Source: an uncultured virus (IMG/VR IMGVR_UViG_3300035661_000052) (taxonomy: Duplodnaviria > Heunggongvirae > Uroviricota > Caudoviricetes). From it: a stretch of DNA of 64,000 nt. Both the position numbers and the translations under genes were made by a program. The number at the start of each line of letters is the position of its first letter. Position 1 is the stretch's first letter. Shown here in pieces: positions 57,384 to 64,000 of this stretch. Below the pieces are notes generated by a model, which saw only the letters and a list, made by a program, of their open reading frames with translations, did not search any database and had not been told where the DNA came from. The stretch lies in IMG/VR virus record IMGVR_UViG_3300035661_000052; one strand, written 5' to 3'.

Positions 57384-57806
57384 ATGCAAAATCTATTCAA
57401 CTGGGTTACCGCACACCCATACAAAGCCGGTACATTACTATGTGTAATGATCATATTCGCAGTATCAATGTGGTACTTCTTCGCCAGCAGAGCCATTCCC
57501 CTTGAAGAGGAACAATTAGATGACTATGAGTCACCCGAGCCTGCTGTGCAGAAAGAGAGGAACTACATCAATATACATGCAGGCTGCTTAGGCACATGCT
57601 GTGTGGTTTATGAATATACGCCTGGGATTCCTACATTGAGTGGGCATCCTATTCGATTTGGAGAGATCAATCTGATCAGGGTAAAACTGTCTTTTGGACT
57701 CACATCCAGTGAGGACATTCTTCCCCTGCTTACATTTCATCAAAGAGATTTGTTAGCTCAGAGTGTTTATAAAGAACATGAATTAAGAGCATTATTACAG
57801 AATTAA
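57384..57806 (+). CDS. Hypothetical membrane-anchored protein
   Basis: 140 aa; N-terminal hydrophobic segment AGTLLCVMIIFAVSMWYFFA. Confidence 0.65.
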   Translation: MQNLFNWVTAHPYKAGTLLCVMIIFAVSMWYFFASRAIPLEEEQLDDYESPEPAVQKERNYINIHAGCLGTCCVVYEYTPGIPTLSGHPIRFGEINLIRVKLSFGLTSSEDILPLLTFHQRDLLAQSVYKEHELRALLQN

Positions 57807-57820
57807 TTTACTAACCCAGT

Positions 57821-57936
57821 AAACCGGAGAGAGGGATCGTAGCCTGATAGGATATGTGAAAAAGTGATGTGAGTAAATGTATCCGAGGGATAGGATTTTG
57901 TGGAGGCACCACAGTCCCTCTCTCTCTTTCGGTTTT
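57821..57936 (+). ncRNA. Candidate small structured RNA
   Basis: Long closing stem AAACCGGAGAGAGGGA / TCCCTCTCTC..TCGGTTT with internal helices GGATAT/GTATCC and TGTGG/CCACA. Confidence 0.45.
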
Positions 57937-57950
57937 TAAAACTTAATGAC

Positions 57951-58265
57951 ATGCTAACTAATGAACAAAAGATTGAAGCTTATAAGTATGTGCTTGAATG
58001 TCTGGCAGATGATAGAAATCTGAAAGAATACTCCGGTATCTGCTGGTATTTAAAAAAATGAGTGAATGGCAGTACCGACTATATTATACATGATTTTTTA
58101 AGACTTCCAGAATTCTTTCCTGAGTTTTTTATATTACCTCAAGTAAGAAATCTATTTGAATTCTGGTGGCCGAAAACAGAAGAAGGTTACCAGGAACGTG
58201 TAAAAGCTATTAATTCAATTCTTAAAACTCTTAAATCCACAGCAGATGTCGCAATTATTAAGTAA
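57951..58265 (+). pseudogene. Paralog A of a small FPEF/FWWP family, interrupted by in-frame TGA at 58059-58061
   Basis: MLTNEQKIEAYKY...ICWYLKK*VNG...FFPEFF...FWWP; aligns end to end with the 59059 gene. Confidence 0.75.
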
Positions 58266-58539
58266 AGAAGAAAGACTTGCTGCCTATGAGAAGGCACTGG
58301 CTTGGTATACAGCAGATGAACAGAACAATACTGGACTGTGTGTTGTTTTAGGAAGATCTCATTGGAGAAATTTTATGGATTCTCCACTAACATACTGGTA
58401 TAATATGGAAGAGTACTTTCCAGAAATATTTATTCAGGGACATCCTTACCCTCATAATACAAGCTATGAAAAGACAAGAAATAGACGTATTTTCTGGCTT
58501 GAAAATGCAATAATGCAATTAACACAACCTATAAATTAA
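58246..58539 (+). CDS. Paralog B of the FPE family, hypothetical
   Basis: 97 aa; LSKEERLAAY...GLC...YFPEIF...RIFWL. Confidence 0.7.
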   Translation: MSQLLSKEERLAAYEKALAWYTADEQNNTGLCVVLGRSHWRNFMDSPLTYWYNMEEYFPEIFIQGHPYPHNTSYEKTRNRRIFWLENAIMQLTQPIN

Positions 58540-58540
58540 T

Positions 58541-58828
58541 ATGGCTAGAGGACCCGTTGGGCATACATGCCCTGATATTGATGCAGTGATAAATGGTATT
58601 TCATACGCTATGAGTGATTTGAGAGGACTTGAATCTATTTTAGAGAGTTTACGTAGTGACAACGATGCATTACGTACTTGGGGATCTGAATGGGAAAATA
58701 AGGCCAATGATACAATTAGTGATCTACAATCAGACTTAAAAGATGCCAAAGAACAAATAGAATCACTCAAAACAAAACATGATGAACTCAAGGAAGAGCT
58801 TGAACGTCACAAATTATCTAATTACTAA
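58541..58828 (+). CDS. Hypothetical coiled-coil protein
   Basis: 95 aa; PVGHTCPDID...LESLRSDNDALRTWG followed by heptads. Confidence 0.75.
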   Translation: MARGPVGHTCPDIDAVINGISYAMSDLRGLESILESLRSDNDALRTWGSEWENKANDTISDLQSDLKDAKEQIESLKTKHDELKEELERHKLSNY

Positions 58829-58838
58829 ATCAATTAAC

Positions 58839-59057
58839 ATGATAACAGGAACAATCTTAAAGAATGGAGTGATCAAACTGTTCCTCACGGGAACAGACTC
58901 CATTGATGAGGCCATACTCAAGGAGTTGAATGGTGCTCATTGCAAATTAGTCACGGAAAATTTCAGGCTTGGAGATAAAAGTATCACTGGTGCACTTATC
59001 ATTGAAAAGCCTGTGAACGGAACTGGAAATGATTCTTCATTTAAAACTGCTGAATAA
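58839..59057 (+). CDS. Hypothetical protein
   Basis: Likely start ATG at 58839 (MITGTILKNG), 72 aa. Confidence 0.6.
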   Translation: MITGTILKNGVIKLFLTGTDSIDEAILKELNGAHCKLVTENFRLGDKSITGALIIEKPVNGTGNDSSFKTAE

Positions 59058-59058
59058 T

Positions 59059-59328
59059 ATGATACTAACTAATAAACAAAAGAAAGCTGCCTATCAATTT
59101 ACTATAAATGAGCTTAATCGTGGGTATAAAAGTGTATGTGGGAGACTGCAAACTTGGTTAAATATCAATTTACAGTTGCACTTTAATACTTGCGCAGAAG
59201 TTCTTAACTGCTTTCCAGAGTTTTTAGTGTTAAAACCTAAAGATACATACATAGATGGCTTTTGGTGGCCAAGTATTGATAAAAAAATTAGAATTAAGCA
59301 TCTTGAATCAATTATCTCAAATCTTTAA
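59059..59328 (+). CDS. Paralog C of the FPEF/FWWP family, hypothetical
   Basis: Likely start 59059; MILTNKQKKAAY...VCGRLQTWLN...CFPEFL...FWWP...RIKHL. Confidence 0.72.
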   Translation: MILTNKQKKAAYQFTINELNRGYKSVCGRLQTWLNINLQLHFNTCAEVLNCFPEFLVLKPKDTYIDGFWWPSIDKKIRIKHLESIISNL

Positions 59329-59330
59329 TC

Positions 59331-59768
59331 ATGGAAAGCAGAATATCATCGGAACATGTGTACGACTATTTGCTGAGCGGTAGAGTACACGCCAACTTCT
59401 ACAATATACTTACTAACAATCAGCTTCACGTCAACATCAACCGTAAAAATGCAAGCCTGGTGTGGTATGTGTACGCTGTGGATAAAAGTTACCTTGGGTA
59501 CATTCGTGGAGATGTGTTTATCTGGGCAACACCAGGCAGTGGATTCGTATCATCAAACGGTAAGCTTGCAATGCAGAGATTTAGCTGGATCTGGAAACAG
59601 ATTGTGGCTAAAACTATACCTGATACTATGTACATATTACATGATGGTAGCTGTGGACATTGCGGTCGTACACTGTCAGACGCGACAAGTCTCAAGGTTG
59701 GCATTGGCCCATCATGCAGGAAGAAACTTGGAATCGTATATTCATCACAAACTCAACTTGAACTTTAA
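59331..59768 (+). CDS. DUF6011-like zinc-finger protein
   Basis: C-terminal HDGSCGHCGRTLSDATSLKVGIGPSCRKK signature. Confidence 0.8.
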   Translation: MESRISSEHVYDYLLSGRVHANFYNILTNNQLHVNINRKNASLVWYVYAVDKSYLGYIRGDVFIWATPGSGFVSSNGKLAMQRFSWIWKQIVAKTIPDTMYILHDGSCGHCGRTLSDATSLKVGIGPSCRKKLGIVYSSQTQLEL

Positions 59769-59770
59769 TA

Positions 59771-60124
59771 ATGGAACTGATACCAGCAGATGATACTATC
59801 AAATCCGAAGTAGTTATTCCTGCAAAGACAGAACATAAGTTCATCGGTACGCTTACACCACATCCAGGGCACACCTGTTATCAGTTCAATCTTATAACTA
59901 AGAAGATTACGCTTGCTGTATTTGAAACAACCACTTCTAATCTGAGTGGAAAAAACGGGCGTAAGCTTATCGTTCAACCTGACTGCATCTACTGTACTGC
60001 GTTGAATCCGAAGAATGCTATCAAGAGATTTTTCAAGATGCTGCAACTGAATGCGGCTATTCAAATGATTAAACCTAAAACCGATGAGAAAGATCTTAAT
60101 CTCAGTAAAACAGAAACTCAATAA
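59771..60124 (+). CDS. Hypothetical protein
   Basis: 117 aa; PHPGH and ALNPKNAIKR motifs. Confidence 0.65.
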   Translation: MELIPADDTIKSEVVIPAKTEHKFIGTLTPHPGHTCYQFNLITKKITLAVFETTTSNLSGKNGRKLIVQPDCIYCTALNPKNAIKRFFKMLQLNAAIQMIKPKTDEKDLNLSKTETQ

Positions 60125-60590
60125 TGCTATTCAACGTAGTATATTGGTGAATTGTCCTCAAGGGCATCATGATTGGGGATTCTCCGTACAAGATAGGTGG
60201 AATAAGCCTAAAACAAGAAAAATAGCTAAGGTTCAAAGGATTTGCTATGAGTGCATTCGAATTAGACAACGAAATAAAATGACTCGGGAAAAAGCCAAGG
60301 TGAAAAATGCCAGAGATAATAAAATTCGTAACCTTAAAATGAAAAGAGATCCTGAATATGCTCAAAAAATACGAACTTCATTTGTCAGAAGAAGTACTAA
60401 TGCATGTAAAATTTTAAATGATGGTTATATCAGACAATACATAAGGAAAACTTTTGCTGAGAAGAGTTTAAAAGCTTTAGAGATACCAGATCAACTGGTG
60501 GAGATTACCAGATATTATTTACAACTAAATAGAACCTTTAATGACAAAAGCACAATTAATAGGGAAGTCACAAGCCCAACACATCCGTGA
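60084..60590 (+). CDS. Basic Cys/His zinc-binding protein
   Basis: 168 aa; CPQGH...CYEC, Lys/Arg-rich middle; start uncertain. Confidence 0.6.
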   Translation: MRKILISVKQKLNNAIQRSILVNCPQGHHDWGFSVQDRWNKPKTRKIAKVQRICYECIRIRQRNKMTREKAKVKNARDNKIRNLKMKRDPEYAQKIRTSFVRRSTNACKILNDGYIRQYIRKTFAEKSLKALEIPDQLVEITRYYLQLNRTFNDKSTINREVTSPTHP

Positions 60591-60768
60591 AGTTTCATAC
60601 CAAGATGGAATGAAGTATAGAGAACTGGCTTTGAAAACTGGAAGTAAAGATCATGCAATGTTTGCGATTTTAAATTTCAGAATTTGGATTCGAGCTGCTG
60701 TAATAGATCTTATTGAGACTAAACAGTTAGCTTCTGGTACAGTGAAACCAATCAAACAATTAAAATGA
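60541..60768 (+). CDS. Hypothetical protein
   Basis: 75 aa, overlapping both neighbours in operon fashion. Confidence 0.6.
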   Translation: MTKAQLIGKSQAQHIREVSYQDGMKYRELALKTGSKDHAMFAILNFRIWIRAAVIDLIETKQLASGTVKPIKQLK

Positions 60769-60974
60769 ACTGGAATCTATTTAATCCCACCGGCGTAACG
60801 GGAGGAGATGATGAAGATCTCCTCTACAGATCCGAAATCACTGGTCCACAGGGTGCCAGATATGAATTACTACGGGAGAAAACTCACATCCATGCTGACG
60901 TGGAAAAAGCTAAAAGGTATTTAAGAAGAAACTTTGATGTAGTGAGTATCCAAATAATTCATGAAACTGATTAA
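60765..60974 (+). CDS. Hypothetical protein
   Basis: 69 aa; ATGA overlap with the upstream gene. Confidence 0.6.
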   Translation: MNWNLFNPTGVTGGDDEDLLYRSEITGPQGARYELLREKTHIHADVEKAKRYLRRNFDVVSIQIIHETD

Positions 60975-60997
60975 CTTTGTAAATCAATCACAACTCT

Positions 60998-61621
60998 GCG
61001 GGTAGGTGGATAACAAGATACCGGCCCCCATGCCAGGCTCACTGAAAGCAGTTTAAAATGTATCCATGATTGAATTTGTTGCAATGAGCCATGCTTTTAC
61101 CTACGAAGACTAAGCAAACCTCAAGTGTCTGGGATGCTAAAACCTACCCAGTTAAACTATGAGTTTAGCTTAGCCAGTGGTTTTAAGACCAGTGTTCAAG
61201 GTGATGATGCCAGTACTATTGAGTTATCCCCTTAGATCAGAAATGAACCTATCGTAAAGGGCATACTTCACTTTATCCTGATTGAAGTTATCGTAAGATG
61301 GAGGTCAAAATGAGTTCTTTAAGGAGCAGTACCATATATGTAAGTGGTACGTCCCGGTAACGGCACAAACTGGAGCCGAAAGCAAAGTCGAGCATACCTC
61401 TTTGGATATGAGCAATCATTGAGAAAGTCGCTAAGCCTCGATCGGGTGCCCAACGTTAGGGCCGCATGTACAAGAACGACGTAAGAGATTGGTGGATGTT
61501 AGTAGAAAACCGAGGCTGGCCAGCCGGAGTATCAAAAACATACACCTGCAAAACGGGTGAGATCCGTACGTTGGTGAAAACTCTCTCAATGCCCGGTGTC
61601 CCAGTGATGGGTATCCGGGCA
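60998..61621 (+). ncRNA. Candidate large, highly structured non-coding RNA (~620 nt), class unassigned
   Basis: Gap without credible ORFs in a gene-dense operon, GC-richer than its flanks by eye. More than 12 complementary helices, GNRA tetraloops on the + strand (GTAA x2, GTGA), and possible pseudoknots. Confidence 0.65.
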
Positions 61622-61912
61622 CTAACCACACACTTACTGTTCAAATCACACGTAAATTGGAAATTATCGTCCTTAATGTCACACCTATGCCATTCAGAAA
61701 AGCAATTGAAAGAGCACTTACTGAAATTCACCAAGTTCAAGCACTCAACATACAAGCCGCATAGAAATTCATCAATGCACGCAGACATCTTGAGGAGTTG
61801 TTTGCAAACGTTCAACCTCGCAGATCTCCTAATGTTTTGACGGATACGGAGATCACTCGGCCTCTGGAGAAGAAGCTAAAGAGATAATTTATTCACCATT
61901 TAATTAACATTG

Positions 61913-62401
61913 ATGCAAACATTATTAAAATCTCACAATGCTTGTGAGGAGGCCAGAGAATGGGCCCTAAATAAATCCTGGAAACAAATCTTTAAAACTT
62001 GTCATAGAGGAGATTGGTTTCTATGGCTATTTAAAAAGACTAATCCAAATGACTTACAGTTACTGACTTTAGCAAAAGGACATTGCGCTAATACTGTTAG
62101 ACATCTAATGAAAGATGCTCGAAGTATTAAAGCTGTTGATATTTCTATTGGTTTTGGGGAAGGTAAAAATACAAGAGAAGAACTTAGTGCTGCTGGTGCT
62201 GATGCTTATGCTGCTTATGCTGGTGCTGATGCTTATGCTGGTGCTGATGCTTATGCTGCTTATGCTGCTGCTTATGCTGCTGATGCTTATGCTGCTATTT
62301 CTAATAGAGTAAATACTATGAAAGCCAATCAACTTTTAACAGCAAATATCTGTCGGCAATATTTACCGTTAGAAGTTTGGAACATACCTCAGGACTTATA
62401 A
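61913..62401 (+). CDS. Phage protein with Imm5-like helical region and Ala-rich repeat
   Basis: HNACEEAREWA...CHRGDWFLWL...DARSIKAVDI...TREELSAA, then ADAY/AAY repeats. Confidence 0.7.
   Translation: MQTLLKSHNACEEAREWALNKSWKQIFKTCHRGDWFLWLFKKTNPNDLQLLTLAKGHCANTVRHLMKDARSIKAVDISIGFGEGKNTREELSAAGADAYAAYAGADAYAGADAYAAYAAAYAADAYAAISNRVNTMKANQLLTANICRQYLPLEVWNIPQDL
62189..62296 (+). repeat. Tandem GCT/GAT/TAT/GGT codon repeat (ADAYA units)
   Basis: GCTGATGCTTATGCT occurs four times, interspersed with GCTTAT/GGT variants, in frame. Confidence 0.9.
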
Positions 62402-62473
62402 TCTATAATAGACGATAAGTTTTCTATAGAGGAGACCAAGAAAATAATTTACTTAATACTTAATTAACAATTA

Positions 62474-63685
62474 ATGGAATTTCCAACACTATACAAACGC
62501 ACTAAGACAGGTGCGATACAACAATGGTCTGTCTTTGTCACAATTGGTTTAGCGGGAGCAATTATTATTAAAAGAGCAGGTCAACTTAATGGTACACTTA
62601 CTGAACACAGAGAAGTAATATCTGTAGGTAAGAACATAGGTAAGAGTAATGAAACCACTCCTTTACAGCAGGCAGAAGCACAGGCTCAATCTGACTGGAC
62701 AAAAAAACATGATGAAGGATATAAGAGTTTAAATGATTTGGACATTGTATTATGTACTGATAAAATTCATTTTCCAGGATTGTATATGTATCCAGGATGT
62801 GGTATTATGTTTATGAATTTGGAGTATTCATTGAATCAAACTTTACCAAAATTTAATTCGGATGCTGCTGGAAATGCAAAACCGATGCTCGCGAAGCCCG
62901 TAGACTGGAAGAAGGTTACATACCCATGCTATGTGCAACCAAAACTGGATGGTGTACGGTGTTTGATGATTGTGAAATCATATCATCTTACAGCGGATAT
63001 AACTTTTCTAAGTCGGAGTGGTAAAGAGTATACAACACTTAATCACATTAAAGATGATGTTCTCAATTATATCGCCGGTAGTGAGCAAGAGTTTATTTTG
63101 GACGGGGAGATATATTCAGAAAATCTAAGTTTCCAGGAAATTGTATCTGCTGTAAAGAAGCAACGACCGGAGTCACTAAAACTTCACTTTCGTGCCTACG
63201 ACATTGTAAATGATAAGAAGCAACATCAGCGCATTGAACAGGTTCGTGAATTAATTGATCTAATTGATTCAAAGTATATCCAGTATGTAATCACAATTAC
63301 AGCTGCTGTTAAAGATGATGTCACTCATCACCATGATAAGTGGGTATCTGAAGGAAATGAAGGCGCTATGATCAGACACTACAATGGTATCTATGGACAA
63401 GGCCAACGTTCATCTGACTTACTGAAAGTGAAAGAATTTGATGAGACTGAGTTTGAGTTCAAGTGTTTTGAACAAGGACAACGTGAAGAAGATCTCATTG
63501 CTGTATGTGAAACTCTTGAGAAGAAAGAGTTCCGTGCAAAGATGATTGGTAACAAACTATCTAAAGCTACAATGCAAACTGAGTGTGGTGAGCTTCTGGG
63601 TACTCAACTTACAGTGAAACATTTCGGTTGGACTACTGATGGTCTCCCACGTTTCCCGATTGGTAAATCATTTCGTGACTATTAA
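62474..63685 (+). CDS. ATP-dependent DNA ligase
   Basis: 403 aa; PMLA, motif I QPKLDGVRC, LDGEIY, FRAYDI, EGAMIR, LLKVK; C-terminal OB-like PRFP. Confidence 0.95.
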   Translation: MEFPTLYKRTKTGAIQQWSVFVTIGLAGAIIIKRAGQLNGTLTEHREVISVGKNIGKSNETTPLQQAEAQAQSDWTKKHDEGYKSLNDLDIVLCTDKIHFPGLYMYPGCGIMFMNLEYSLNQTLPKFNSDAAGNAKPMLAKPVDWKKVTYPCYVQPKLDGVRCLMIVKSYHLTADITFLSRSGKEYTTLNHIKDDVLNYIAGSEQEFILDGEIYSENLSFQEIVSAVKKQRPESLKLHFRAYDIVNDKKQHQRIEQVRELIDLIDSKYIQYVITITAAVKDDVTHHHDKWVSEGNEGAMIRHYNGIYGQGQRSSDLLKVKEFDETEFEFKCFEQGQREEDLIAVCETLEKKEFRAKMIGNKLSKATMQTECGELLGTQLTVKHFGWTTDGLPRFPIGKSFRDY

Positions 63686-63695
63686 TACGCAGCAG

Positions 63696-63971
63696 ATGAT
63701 ACGATATGACATATACGATCAGCAACTCAATCCAGGTGACTTCATCTGCTGTATAGTGAGAGGACAGTTCTCAGCAGCAAGGATAGCATCTATTAGTTTG
63801 AAAGGTACTATTCACATCAATCCCTGGAATGACCAGTCAAAGACATACCACAGCGTTGTAAGGCAACTGCGAGGATACAACATTATTAAAACAGCGGGGA
63901 TGCCCGTACATCAATTTACTTTATTCAAAACAGATAATTATGCTGGCAAGAAACTTTTGGAATCAGCTTAA
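63696..63971 (+). CDS. Hypothetical protein
   Basis: Likely start ATG at 63696 (MIRYDIYDQQLNPGD), 91 aa. Confidence 0.6.
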   Translation: MIRYDIYDQQLNPGDFICCIVRGQFSAARIASISLKGTIHINPWNDQSKTYHSVVRQLRGYNIIKTAGMPVHQFTLFKTDNYAGKKLLESA

Positions 63972-64000
63972 AGAAATCATAGAACTCCCATTCGAATTGG

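Noticed and set aside
61420..61520. RNase P RNA-like words GAGAAAGTC and AGAAAACCGAGGCT
   Set aside because: Only ~80 nt apart and imperfect relative to the P4 consensus; too short for an RNase P core.
60998..61621. Group I/II intron, tmRNA or tRNA cluster as the identity of the large RNA
   Set aside because: No recognisable P7 (R/S) elements, no GTGCG start or domain V, no T-arm GTTCRA with acceptor stem, and no interrupted gene evident on the flanks. A covariance search is still needed.
61431..61840. ORFs 61431-61631, 61456-61815 and 61466-61840
   Set aside because: Mutually overlapping, not protein-like, lack an AT-rich initiation context, and overlap strong RNA helices.
62105..62332. 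ORFs with poly-Ser/Ile or poly-Leu/Met
   Set aside because: Alternate-frame translations of the Ala-rich tandem repeat.
1..64000. Genome-wide stop-codon reassignment (TAG=Gln or TGA=Trp)
   Set aside because: Very long late ORFs are intact under the standard code, TAG and TGA both terminate genes (8319, 55008; 1284, 55759), and no suppressor tRNA was seen in the window.

Overview
This window is a 64-kb segment of a crAss-like phage (Crassvirales-type podovirus), probably infecting a non-gut Bacteroidota host, possibly Chitinophagaceae (inference). Positions 1-53.8 kb form one minus-strand late/virion block. In transcription order it holds an Acb2/Tad1-like protein, a PD-(D/E)xK exonuclease, an HU-like protein, terminase, portal, scaffold, major capsid, ring/auxiliary capsid proteins, a split muzzle protein with a cadherin insertion, and cargo proteins. 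It continues with a 4694-aa virion RNA polymerase polyprotein (DFDVD), four signal-peptide-bearing fibre/beta-helix genes and a DNA adenine methyltransferase that runs off the left end. Positions 53.8-56.4 kb are the divergence/origin-like region, with nested inverted repeats, a sharp G/C skew flip and a RepL-like gene. Positions 56.4-64 kb are plus-strand small early genes ending in an ATP-dependent DNA ligase. The top novelty candidate is a ~620-nt, densely base-paired, pseudoknotted non-coding RNA candidate at ~61.0-61.6 kb, with several smaller structured elements nearby. All family calls come from motif recognition by eye; no searches or folding programs were run.
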